A stretch of 64,000 nucleotides of DNA from Laetmonice hystrix (taxonomy: Eukaryota): the NCBI GenBank assembly GCA_965235115.1, contig OZ249445.1, positions 3,782,001 through 3,846,000 on the forward strand. The letters run 5' to 3'. Positions 11,001 to 23,516 of the stretch are shown one piece after another; within the stretch, counting starts at the first letter, position 1; every line of letters begins with the position of its first letter. A program made the translations under genes and the position numbers. The notes beneath the pieces were generated by a model. The model saw only the letters and a program-made list of their open reading frames with translations, was not told the DNA's origin and made no database searches.

Positions 11001-14000
11001 GACGATCAGGAAGGGCGCAGTAAGTTTCCTTGTCATAACTTTATGAACAAAATATATGCTTGCATTCATTTGAGGACAGGAAACTAAGGAGCACCAAAAT
11101 TAATATGCCTTTTTTTCTCCCGTAAAAAGGCATGAGATGTTTATTTACCTTCAGGAATATCTTGAAAGGTCCTTAAAAATAAACATGTTAACAAGTAGTG
11201 TGGTCAGCTGTGGTCAGTTACTTGAATTCATGATTTTGCAAACCTTCAGATTACTGTGACCTTTTGTTCATGTCTGAAAAGTTCCTTAAGAGTTGTATTA
11301 AAATGTCCTTTAAAAAGAGAGCTGAAGAAAAGGAGTACCGTCCTTCTACATACTTGCTTGGTACTAGATAAAATGACCCCAGTTTGACCTATCTTTGCAG
11401 GGCGCAGATCTGTTTGAACCAGGGCCGTCCAAGCAGAAGGAGGCGGAGGAGAGGATGATCCCTGACGTGACGGAGGACAGAGGGGGAGACAAGGGAGACA
11501 GTACATGGTCCGAGTCACACGGCCAGAGGTGAGCAGAGTGCGACTGGGAGACTCTCAGTAAGGTTACCCAATGGTTCCATGACATTTAGATAACTTTGGT
11601 TAGATTGATTATAAATTACCAGTAGCTGAATTTAAATACCTAATGTATAAGTAAAATGCATATATTTCCTTACATAAAATAAGTTAAGACTCGGATTCCT
11701 CCACAATTCAGAGCTATTCCTTTTCTTTTATTTCCGCCTTCCTTATATTATTGTTTGCACTAATTGCCAATTCACGTGACCAAAAAAGGTCAACTTAGAA
11801 GACGATGATTTAAATGTAGATCTAACTTCCCGCTGGTATCACGGAAGAAACTCCCTCACTTGTTTTATGTCTTTTCACATAGGATGGTGATGATTCACGT
11901 TGACAACAGCCCCCACCAGGTGGCGGATGATACAGGTCGTCCTGCCGCCATCCCTGGTCAGCAGGGGGCGCTGCGGGACAGGTCGGACCAGCACAGTCAC
12001 ACCAGTACACTGTCGAGTACAGCTAGCAGTGTGTGCTCACACTCACCCCCTGGTCCGTCCACCAGTCCCTTCAATGAACTAACAGGTACACTGCTTCACT
12101 CACAGAGCCATCGATGTGCATTCTCCCTTTTAAAAAATCTATTGCCAATTCCCATTTTTATCCAACGTTTTGTTGTATGGTTATAAACATTTTCATATTT
12201 TTCTTTCTCTTGCTGCTGGTTTACCTCGTTAAAGGCCAGCGCCCTTACCTCAGCCTCCTTCAAGCTATTAACCAGGGCTTTAAATGAGAACCACTGACCA
12301 TTATTATATTGGAAGTTAACCCTTGGCTTCCACTCTCTCAGAGTGCAAGGAATAGAATAATTTTAGCCATGTGGCTGTTTTTCATTTCCTGCAGGCTTGG
12401 ACAAAAAGAATAGTCCGATAGCCCGAAGTAGCCAAAATACCGCACTCACTGCCTCACAGCACAGCAATCACTATGACAACCGCACTAATGTCGTCCGTCC
12501 GTCACAGCCAATCAGCGTTCTTCGTGACACAAGGGGATTGGAGCGTGACGTCACCAAAGTTGAGGTAATCTACCAGAGTTGTGTTTGCTACTGTTATAAC
12601 TTTATGCAGTCTTCAATGCCTTGAACCTGCAAAGATATGTTTTCAGTAATTTCCCCACTTTTCAATATTTGAGACAAGGTCTGAATGGAATGGTCACCAA
12701 TATTGCCTCAGATGATGACATTCTTGTATTTCTATCAAGGTGTACCAATACTACCATACATTGGTGTAAACTTACATGAATACATAGAAGTTGTTTAACC
12801 TGATTTGTAGGTAGAGCAGTACCTGTTTCAGACGTTTAGATGTGCTCTGATGCTTTTCATTTTGAGATCTCCACTAATGTTATTGAGAATGAATAAGGCA
12901 GACATTGATGTTGTATATAAGTTCATATCGGTGTGATGGTGGCCTGTGTTTGCAGCAGTAGATTGGTGTTTACAGTGACATTGATGTTGTCTATAAGTTC
13001 ATGTCGGTGTGATGGTGGCCTGTGTTTGCAGCAGTAGATTGGTGTTTACAGTGACATTGATGTTGTCTATAAGTTCATGTCGGTGTGATGGTGGCCTGTG
13101 TTTGCAGCAGTAGATTGGTGTTTACAGTGACATTGATGTTGTCTATAAGTTCATATCTGTGTGATGGTGGCCTGTGGTTGCAGCAGTAGATTGGTGTTTA
13201 CAGTGGCATTGATGTTGTCTATAAGTTCATGTCGGTGTGATGGTGGCCTGTGTTTGCAGCAGTAGATTGGTGTTTACAGTGGCATTGATGTTGTCTATAA
13301 GTTCATGTCGGTGTGATGGTGGCCTGTGTTTGCAGCAGTAGATTGGTGTTTACAGTGACATTGATGTTGTCTATAAGTTCATGTCGGTGTGATGGTGGCC
13401 TGTGTTTGCAGCAGTAGATTGGTGTTTACAGTGACATTGATGTGACCTTCATCATAAACCGGTGTTGTAGAAACAAGAGCTGAACCGCCTTCGACACGAG
13501 TATCTGGAGACTCACCAATCTGACCCCACGTCTGGGGTCACAAGCATCCCCTGTAGAGGACCTGTACTAGCGGATAGTACCAACACCACCACTACTCCAA
13601 CCACATCTCTCTCACAAACTACCAATCTGGTACGTAAGATATCACTCACCAAAACCGGGATATCAACGTGTTTTCTATGTAGGTTATAACTGTTAGGAAA
13701 ACCTTTTCCACTTCTCTGATATAATGAGATGAGCTTTTACTAGATGTATAGATTTGAATACATGTCTAAAATATATATAAATGAGGGATCTTTTATTGCC
13801 TTGCTATTCTATATATTGTTTTTCGGGATCGTAATATTGTATATTATATCACCACTGCTATGGACAAATATTTATTGGTATGGTAAATCATAGCTAGATT
13901 GCCATCCGTTTGAAAGTTCCAGTGCCTCCTGTCTGTCCTGTAGCCCCTGTGTGTTTACCAATGTAAACCCTAAGTATTGAAACTGAAGAATGTCGGTTTG

Positions 14001-17000
14001 AAGAGTGGGTACTTGGTGATGAGTTTGTGTATAAGGGATGATGCTGTTATCTGCACCGTCCAGGCTGTCCTCATACCTCCCCAAACCAACCGCCACCGCT
14101 ACAGCTCGCCACCAGGGGGCACCACTAGAGGAGACAGCCCCGGCCCAGAGGTACCCGTCTGCTGCATGGACCGTCCAATCACCGAATTTTACAGTCTCCT
14201 TCTCTTAGCCTTGAACTCCGACTTTTCCCCCTACCTCAGCATGAAGTCACATTTTCCCACTGCAAAGTCTCCGATTGTTTTAGCCAGGAATACTCTAGCC
14301 AAGTGTTAACCTATCAATGCACGCCTATTGGGTACGAAATCTTGAACTTGTCATAGTTTGTGGAAAGGAGGTTAATGATTATGAAAAATGGAGTGGGGGG
14401 GGGGGGGGGGGGAACTCGTGATTTATTCCCTGTTATTTAAGAGTATTTTTTGTCTCACACTGGTAGCACAATTAGAGTGTTTCTGGCAGCTCTGATGCAC
14501 TGTCTTTACTGACCATACTGTATCCCTGCTATGTTTGTACACTGGAAGGGGGAATGTGAATGTGAATGGAAGCATGGGGTGTCATTTTTCTTTTAATTGT
14601 GTGGTATACCTGTGGGCACTGATGTTTGTGACTAAAAGTAGCAAAGAAATCTTTTAAAAAGTAAAAAAGATTGAATATTAGTATTATCTCGACGATATGT
14701 TTGTTATTAAATAATACATTGATTCCTTCATAAAACAGAAATGACGTTATATAATAGAGACAGATTTATTAGTTGTAAGTGCATGCTGGTGTAGGTGTGA
14801 GTATAAAATCATTGGGAACATAATTTCAGGCAGTACACAATGTATTGGTAGCTTTTATATTATAGGGACAGGGTGGTCAGTAGGGTGTGTATGTGGTTTA
14901 TGTACCCCCAGTACACATGTATGTCTGCGTGAAGCTTGTATAATCGTGTTTACATTCTCACATTGACTTGAGACTGGTTGTGTGGTTCCGGGGAAAATGT
15001 TCTCACAGATATGGAGATATCTCTTCATGTCAGTTTCACCCCAGGAGATGAACTATTGAACTATTGAACTATGTGACACAGGGACAGGTGGTTGGAACTA
15101 TGTGTATGTATGTCAAACACATGTCTTGAGGCATTTTTTGTTTGTTTTCGCGTTTTTTTCCACCATAAACTCTCCTTAAGAAAACTCGCACCATTTTGTT
15201 TGCTAATAGTGGCGAGTTTGCTCATCTTCCATGTCGGTTTACAGAGTCCTGTCTACATGCAGAGTGGCGAGGCCAAGCCGACCTTCCGATTCCAGAAACC
15301 TGTCTTGTTGAATCCCATCCGCCAATCTTTAACTGGGCCAAAAAGGTGAAAATTAACTCCTATTCGAGCGATCACCTACATTTTGATATTTGTATTTAAA
15401 ATAACATCTCCAGACAATGTCAGGTCTCTTGTACTCATTACTACAGTAGATATGAGGGAGTGTATTCAGAGGAGAAAACGTCCAAGAGAATTTAGTACAG
15501 TGTACTGCACTGTGTAAGCTCAGTGTAAGCTCTGGTTGTGTGTTTCAGCCCAAGTATTGAAGAGAAGTTACTGACACCAGAGACTTTCAACCCATCACAC
15601 CTGGTACGTTACAAATATTACAACTCAAGCTCATGCTGTGGGGATAAAGAAATGGCTCTTAAAAAGTAAAATAGTAAATTTTGAGAAATGTAAACTGTGC
15701 AATGCTGATATATTAATATCTCATGAGAGGATTTTGTCAAATGAGGTCTTTTGTTGCTATGCGGGGTCAACAAAAATTTTAACAAACGCTTTTTACCAGT
15801 TATCTGCCACCTGTTTTCAGTTTACAAACGAACAAATTGACGGCCGCCAGGTGGCACTGATCACCATTAATAAGGTAAGACTGGTTCAGGAGGCCATCGT
15901 TTGAGGACACGAGATTTTCTGAGTTCATTAACTGATCTGGCTTTCATTTAAAATTGAAATCTGGCATCTGTTTTAAGTTTAGTTTAGATCAATTGCCATG
16001 GAAATCATGTCTAAGTACACATACCCGTGTAGGTACGTCACCAGGAGCTTGGCCTGACCATCCGTACAGGAAGCAGGAAGTCTCAAGACAAGGTGTTTGT
16101 GGCAGGTATTGAAGTGGGAGGAGCAGTACATCGACAAGGTACAACTTATTGTAACTGACACATCAAAGATATTCAACTGGAGCCCAAGACAGGGCTCCAG
16201 GGTTCAGGGTATAAAGTTTATGATGTTGTAAATGTTTCACAACTCAAATTTTACATATGCCATAAACTTTGCTTGGGACGTTTTCCAGTGAGTTAGAAAA
16301 GGACTACATGTATTTGTCTATTAATATGTCATAGTTTTCCCCTCTCCTTTAGTAGTGAGAGTTTGGAAGCGTTATTTAAATGTTATTGAGTTCACCTTGA
16401 ATCTGTTTGAAGGTGGCATTCATGTTGATGACCAACTGATGATGGTAGATGGCGCCACCGTCGTCGACATGCCACTTGGTCAGGTTGAAGCGCTTATAAC
16501 GGAAAACTATGCCTCAACTCGGGTCAGTGTTATGTATTCACACTTGTTCTCTTTCAAAACCAGTGGCCAAACATTCTTTTCCTGGCCAAATATTTTAGCG
16601 TTTTCTAGTTTTGGCATGTTACCAGTTGATAGCCAAATATCACTTGTTTTTCTCCAGCCCATGATGCAGTTTGTCGTGGCGAAATCCCCTTCGAGCAGAA
16701 CAGATGTTGAAATGTGAGTATTTAGGTCATGTCAGGCTCTAAACCGCGTTCTTGTAGAGGTATAAGTCAGATGTGTGCAGCAGATATTTATGACTATACA
16801 AATGTTCATTGTTGATTTCCCTCATATTTATCTTTTCCTATTTCTTTTCACAACTGAACCCATGTTATGCTTATAATCTGGCTTGTTATATAATGTCACT
16901 GAATAGTACTCAATGATCTAATACACGCATAGACAGATATTCAACCTACAAATAATAACTAACATTGTTCAAATTTGATCCTCTAATCAAAGCATACTGA

Positions 17001-19191
17001 CGCCTGATTGTCAAGCTCGTAAGTACTCACCAAACAGTGAAGTTCAGTGATTTAGGATGTATGTCTGCCCTCTTTAATTACTTAATTAGTTATATTTTAC
17101 ATGGCGCAGGTTCACGTATAGTTTGTAAGGTTTGATAGAAATAATTTCTGGTTTAAAAGTCTGGAGCAGCGGAATTCACATGGAAGGAAACAACAAATCA
17201 ACATTGAAATTTAATAAGCACTTTTTTATAATTATATAAAAGACATTTCGCAAGGGTTTTGTGATTCATTATGATATTGTTATTCCGGCTCATCATGATT
17301 ATTCAGAGGCCAGGCGTTGATTTTGCGGTAATACTTTTCTTTGCATCAATCAATAGAGGTTGTGTGGTTGTGTTTGTGTGGGTGTGTTCACGCGATGTTC
17401 ACGGGTACTACCTGACGGCAGTGGTGCCGCCTGGTGTCGGGTAAAGGTACCAGGCGACTGTTGTGTCAGTTATTTATGTCCCCATGTTTGCTACGGTAAA
17501 AACCATTGAGGTAAGTTGGGATTGGATCTCTTTACCACTTGTTTTTATGTATGTGCCAGATTTACAAGACTGGAAAAAACTTTTACTTAAAAAAAAGATT
17601 AGGTGCAATTTATGAAAGCCTATGGCCAATACAGGAGACAATAAATAAAGCAGTCAAAGCCAGGGGATATGTCTCCAAACGCTATGTTACATATATCTCC
17701 ATATATATGACTGGTGGTCACATATCCAAACTTGGTGTCGTACCTCGACACCGGGGCTAATAGAGAGTGTGAGAGGACTGCGTTCAGGGTGTATCCATGG
17801 TTACTAATCCATGTCTCTATATGATGTGTTTAGATTGGCCAGTAGACGAATGGTAACTGAATTCCATGTTAATTAATCATCCACTGCTGCCTACACCACA
17901 GCCTCAGCCCCCCTCGGCAACACATGGCTTACTCACTGAAACTGATGCCTGTTCTTGCAAAGTGACTAACTTTGCCTTTCCAAACTCACTCTCTGTCAGT
18001 TAATTAACCCAGTTTACGTAATTGATTTCCTGGCGGTTCACTAAACGGAATCTACACCAGGCCCGTACCTAGGGGGGGGGGGGGTTCCAGGGGTTCCGGA
18101 CCCCCCCCCCCCCCCCCGGGGAGGGAGGGGGCCTCGCACCTGAGGGTACCCAGGCTCAGGCTAGGGCTGCAGGCCCCACGAACTGAATACAAGGGATGGA
18201 CCCCCCCCCCCCCCTTAAGGCCAATCCTGGGTACGGGCCTGTACACGTACACATCACTGTGACATTATTTTGGTTAGGAGGTCTAATTCCTGGCACCGGT
18301 GAATTGACTTGTAACTTTGTTGTTTTATGAACATTTCTTTTTTAACTTCAGGGTTCATATACTAAATGCAACTTTTGTTTCAGTATACATGCACTTGTTT
18401 GTGAGTGCTGTGTGTTTGTGTTTGAGTAGGGGTTTGGAGTCACGTTCGGCTTTTTGCACTGGCCAACTTGTGAGTGGCTTGCACTCGGACTGACTGATCA
18501 GATCTCCGTTCAAACTCTCTCACTTGCCTCTGCTCCTGGTCCAGCAGGTGGTACAGGATAATGTGGCAGATGGCACAAATTTGGCCAGCAGATGGCAAAG
18601 TCAGCTGGCAGATGGACGTTCTTGTAGTGTACAATGTATATGACACACTGGTAAAAAAGGTATCATATTTGGTATCACTGTTTGGGGGTTGTTTTCACCA
18701 CCTGGCAAATACATACTGTAATATGCATGGTCCTGTTTATTTACATATACCAGGTATATGTACGTGTAATATTTTATGTCTACCAGTATCTCGTCACATT
18801 TTTATTTCTGTATTCATTCCATCTTTATTTATTCAACTCCATTTTGAAGTGTCAATAATGGAGAAAAAAAACTCAGAATAGTTTCAATGAAGAGGAAATC
18901 AGAACTAAAATTAAGACATTAATTTATTGCCTCTTAATTTCTTTACTTGTAAGGTAATTTATTAATTCCAGTATGATATTTTTCTTTCTCGATAACACTA
19001 TACATTGATGTCTCTGAACTAATTTAGAAACTTCCGAAGAAAGCTTTAGCTCAGGAGAACTCCACTGTATATACAGCATGTATGTACATGCACCTGTACT
19101 TGTACTTATTTCTTATACATCTATACATGTATATTATAGAAGTAGAGAGGAATTAGTAATGGCTAAATTTCTTTGCAGTACCTACTTCTGA
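7939..19191 (+). CDS. USH1C: Harmonin (USH1C orthologue), spliced and 5'-partial. Exons: 7939-8012, 8425-8533, 8900-8924, 9140-9200, 9459-9547, 9789-9933, 10963-11019, 11401-11528, 11883-12085, 12395-12564, 13471-13629, 14064-14150, 15245-15345, 15549-15603, 15821-15874, 16033-16138, 16413-16522, 16658-16713, 19179-19191
   Basis: All introns are GT-AG with matching phases. The exons total 1802 nt, plus 1 upstream base = 601 codons including TGA, with no internal stop. The three PDZ domains resemble harmonin (GLEHGIGLFVSH, HVGLVPHK..PDENLQWKYVD, GLGCSICSGP, FTNEQIDG, C-terminal TYF versus human TFF). Several exon sizes (109, 25, 57, 110, 56 nt) match human USH1C as recalled. Confidence 0.9.
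8425..8533 (+). CDS. USH1C: Harmonin exon, PDZ1: AGDELLRVNGFTISQAIHEEALSLIKTRRDVLLKVR
   Basis: tgtAG / GTAAGT, 109 nt; PDZ GD..L.VNG motif. Confidence 0.95.
8900..8924 (+). CDS. USH1C: Harmonin 25-nt exon: HVGLVPHK
   Basis: tacAG / GTAAGT; human HIGLIPVK; phases 1 to 2 fit. Confidence 0.9.
9140..9200 (+). CDS. USH1C: Harmonin exon: DHPDENLQWKYVDTMDSNKVV (end could be 9194, 9197 or 9200)
   Basis: ccctAG acceptor; human SPDEPLTWQYVD; GTATGT donor at 9201. Confidence 0.88.
9459..9547 (+). CDS. USH1C: Harmonin exon, start of PDZ2: TETDGGKENHQGRLVKLYVNIAVGSGLGC(S)
   Basis: ttgcAG / GTAGGT; GLGC carboxylate-binding loop. Confidence 0.92.
9789..9933 (+). CDS. USH1C: Harmonin exon, PDZ2: ICSGPVESRGIFIQSVKAGSLAEEAGLGVGDQIINVNGTSFINIQHSE
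   Basis: tgtAG / GTAGGC; human [38 protein letters not shown]. Confidence 0.95.
9923..10795 (+). repeat. 54-bp minisatellite, 18 units (some shortened to 36-37 bp), starting at the USH1C exon/intron junction
   Basis: Unit gtaggcatctaacaccacccgtcccccagtatcccacacccggaacactctgag; GTAGGC at 9934, 9988, 10042, 10096, 10150, 10202, 10238, 10292, 10347, 10400, 10510, 10564, 10619, 10656, 10693, 10746, 10783 (one further unit near 10455 is mutated). Confidence 0.98.
10963..11019 (+). CDS. USH1C: Harmonin exon, end of PDZ2: AVVALKGTRQLNMTIRKGA
   Basis: tttcAG / GTAAGT, 57 nt; human AVNVLKSSRSLTISIVAAA. Confidence 0.93.
11401..11528 (+). CDS. USH1C: Harmonin linker exon: GADLFEPGPSKQKEAEERMIPDVTEDRGGDKGDSTWSESHGQ(R)
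   Basis: tttgcAG / GTGAGC; open frame; GADLF resembles human GRELF. Confidence 0.85.
11883..12085 (+). CDS. USH1C: Harmonin Ser/Pro-rich linker exon: MVMIHVDNSPHQ...PPGPSTSPFNELT
   Basis: catAG / CAG-GTACAC; phases 2 to 1 fit both neighbours; lies within ORF 11860-12186. Confidence 0.75.
12395..12564 (+). CDS. USH1C: Harmonin linker exon: GLDKKNSPIARS...GLERDVTKVE
   Basis: cctgcAG / GTAATC; phases 1 to 0. Confidence 0.8.
12901..13443 (+). repeat. 76-bp minisatellite, about 7.1 near-identical units
   Basis: gacattgatg recurs at 12901, 12977, 13053 ... 13433. Confidence 0.98.
13471..13629 (+). CDS. USH1C: Harmonin linker exon: KQELNRLRHEYLETHQSDPTSGVTS...TTNL
   Basis: tgtAG / GTACGT (alternative GTAAGA at 13634); 53 open codons. 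Confidence 0.75.
14064..14150 (+). CDS. USH1C: Harmonin linker exon: AVLIPPQTNRHRYSSPPGGTTRGDSPGPE
   Basis: tccAG / GAG-GTACCC; phase 0-0; weaker donor. Confidence 0.65.
15245..15345 (+). CDS. USH1C: Harmonin linker exon: SPVYMQSGEAKPTFRFQKPVLLNPIRQSLTGPK(S)
   Basis: ttacAG / AAG-GTGAAA; supplies the phase 0 to 2 change needed before 15549. Confidence 0.72.
15549..15603 (+). CDS. USH1C: Harmonin exon: PSIEEKLLTPETFNPSHL
   Basis: tttcAG / GTACGT. Confidence 0.8.
15821..15874 (+). CDS. USH1C: Harmonin exon, start of PDZ3: FTNEQIDGRQVALITINK
   Basis: tttcAG / GTAAGA; human FTPEQIMGKDVRLLRIKK. Confidence 0.92.
16033..16138 (+). CDS. USH1C: Harmonin PDZ3 exon: VRHQELGLTIRTGSRKSQDKVFVAGIEVGGAVHRQ
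   Basis: tgtAG / AAG-GTACAA; PDZ betaB-betaC-alphaA. Confidence 0.88.
16413..16522 (+). CDS. USH1C: Harmonin PDZ3 exon: GGIHVDDQLMMVDGATVVDMPLGQVEALITENYASTR
   Basis: tgaAG / GTCAGT, 110 nt; human GGIVKGDEIMAINGK. Confidence 0.92.
16658..16713 (+). CDS. USH1C: Harmonin exon: PMMQFVVAKSPSSRTDVE(I)
   Basis: ctccAG / GTGAGT, 56 nt; human DWIDLVVAVCPPKEYDDEL. Confidence 0.9.
18058..18241. mobile_element. GC-rich MITE with CAG termini and a 5-bp target-site duplication
   Basis: TIR caggcccgtacc(t/c)agg; TACAC at 18053-18057 and 18242-18246. Confidence 0.88.
19179..19191 (+). CDS. USH1C: Harmonin terminal coding exon: (I)TYF*
   Basis: tttctttgcAG then T ACC TAC TTC TGA; completes AT|T; equivalent to the human L-TFF* class I PDZ-binding motif. 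Confidence 0.88.
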
Positions 19192-20206
19192 TCTGGATCA
19201 ACTTTTATGGGAGCAGCCTATGGAAACTATTTATAATGGCGACATTCCAGTGACCATCATATGACATTGCCAGCGGCCAGAAAACCCTTTAGTGTAAGTC
19301 TGTTGGGTAGTTTCCGACCACTATCGCATCAGGTTAAACTGTCTCGTCTTATTGTAACAAAGAACGGGTTGGATCAGTTTGAAGTATTAAAGCATCACTA
19401 TCTGTAGGTCGTACAACTATAATCCTTTAATAGCGGTCAGCCCTACTATTCTGTTAATGGCAGAGCTGTACGTAGAGACGTTAAATAATGACTTGATCTC
19501 ATCATCTTGGGACACCAGCAGATATTTCATGGAATTATGGTGTATTTTACCGGTACTATATGTTCCTTAAATCAGATATATCTTGAAAATACGTAATAAT
19601 TGCTAGATATTTGGGAGTTGTAAAAGGGTACAATGCTTATTTCTATACAATTTTAATACAACTTACGTACTTAGGTACAAAACGTACATGGTTCATCTAC
19701 TGTCTGTCATATATAATGCTTAGACTTATCAAGGATAACGTTCTATTCTTCCGTCTCATTGTGCTTTTGCAAAATTTAATCCCTCCTCCCTCAAAAAAAA
19801 AAAGAAAAAAAGAAAAAAAAGAAGCTCTCCAGAACGTAATATGTCAGAAACTAATTTCATATGCATTTAAGTGAATAGGATTACAACTGTACAACCTATC
19901 GCCTCAAATATATTAATATTCTACATATGCCAGTATGCTAGTATCGTAATTGTATTGTGTCTCGGTAATTATCTGCTATACACACATAACCACAAAAAAA
20001 GAGAAAAAGGTTTGGTATGTAGCGTTCAACTTATGCCATCCATATCTTTGTCCTTCTGCCAAATCATTAATGTTGTTTTCCATTTATATTTACTTGACTG
20101 TACGTATTTACAAACTCTTTCTTGTACCAGGTATACGGTACTATACAGCCTGGATATATTTACCATCAGTCTTCTGCTTTGTAAACTGAAAGTATTTGCT
20201 CTCTTA

Positions 20207-20228
20207 AATAAAATATATTCCTATTAAA
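20207..20228 (+). terminator. Candidate polyadenylation signal of USH1C (AATAAA at 20207-20212, ATTAAA just after)
   Basis: About 1 kb after the stop codon, followed by T/GT-rich sequence. Confidence 0.45.
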
Positions 20229-22005
20229 AAGATGCTCTATTATTTTTACCCCTGACCCAGTGTTTACATTTCATGTATTCCTGTATCAGATTCGTGGTTG
20301 TAACATAGTGTAATTTAAACATGGTCAGTCATATCTTTACCAAAGGTAGCATAATCAGAGATGGGGCAAAAGGTAAGAGTCGTCAGCACACAGCCCATGG
20401 TAAAGAACTTGACCTCGGACAGGGTTCTCACAATATCCCACAGATATTGAAATTGCATTACTTTTTCCAGACCAAAACGCCCAAATTTTGTGACAAATTC
20501 CATATCAAATTTATCAAATACCCTAAAATCCCAGAATTGTCCCCATGGAAAACCAAATTACATTTTTCCACGACTTTTCATGACTGTGGGAACCCTAGTT
20601 GTCAGCAGTGCTTAATCTGAACGTAAATGGTCTGTATGCATTTGCATATCCTTTGCATATAATTTGCTAAAAATAATAATAATAATTTATTATAAGAGCG
20701 ACTACCTGGCATGGTACAAACAGCTGCATAGAACTTCGTATTGACAACACAAGCATGGATTTTGAAAAATGAAATTTTTTAATAATCACAAATTGACAAT
20801 GGGTTAAATTACAGATAAATTCAGGGTAACTGGTAATATACAAAATCTGAATCTGTACACGCGTTTTTTTATGAATGTCAAGGTCATGGTCTCTAATGAC
20901 ATGAACTCCCCTCTCGGCTTACACATTAAACTTGATGACAATGGACCAGAGACATTGGCGCCTTTACCAGACGGGCTAGTGTTTTTACGTAGGTTATGGT
21001 AAAGATCCCTCACTATACCCATAATCAAAGTAGTGAATTACCATATCCTGCTTGGGAGTGTGAGAAACGTCTAAGTTGTCAATTGCCATAATTTAATACC
21101 ATACTTCCGATGGGTACATGTACCAGTTACACAATTCACTCAATAAAATCCCAGAGTTAGCAAGTCTCAATCCAGGCCTACTCAAAGTACTCCCTGTTTT
21201 AGCAACCTTCATTTGCCTACATAGAACATAAAATCGCCCATATATATTAATAAGACATAAGCTAATAGAACACGTATAAGGAAATATTGGCTATCAGGGA
21301 TCAGTAGTCAATGTCTCTGGTCTTCTCTACTTCAGGTCGTCGCAAGGATGTTTTCCTTCAGTGATAAATTTTGACGTTTCTACTTCATACAAAACGGAAA
21401 TAAAGTTTCAGGTTAAAGTCCAGTAAGGTCCATGAACAGAAGACAGTCTGTTCTTAAAAGCCCCAATACGCAATCAGTGTCCTTTAACGAAGGACCTACC
21501 AGCATACGAACACAGCTAGTTGATCTGGTCTCCTAACATGGCTTCAGTGACTTTCACCACATTACACTGGAGTGTCCCCATCAGTCTGTCTGTCGCATTG
21601 TTCCCAATGTCCCACTGTACAGGTCTAATCTTTAACTATTATAATTTCATCAGTTGTTTGCAGGCTGACTCCTCTGATTTCTTTGGTTTATTATGCCTGT
21701 ACTGGGGACAGCTTGGCTGAGTTTTGTGCAGAATTAAGAGAGGATATTGGGGTTTATAGTCCTTGCACATGGCCACAACAGGAGACATTGTAGTACATGT
21801 ATTGACGTTACCATAATGCTAGGCATATAGTTTAGTATAAGGATTTGCAGAAGGTGACTTTAGCTTGTGGGCACAGAATTGGTGGCATGCCCTGACAGGT
21901 AGTAGTGCCTGCGACTGTCCAGGAATCATAAGGGACGGGTGTTCCTCCAAGCTGAGAATGTGGTTCTGGTGGGTGATGGTGAACTCATCAACAACCCAAC
22001 CCTAC

Positions 22006-23516
<1,511 letters not shown>

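Noticed and set aside
14105-14150. Alternative model: donor at 13634 joined to acceptor 14104 and then directly to 15549
   Set aside because: The frame is compatible but the acceptor is poor and it ignores the well-bounded exon at 15245-15345; it remains a possible minor isoform
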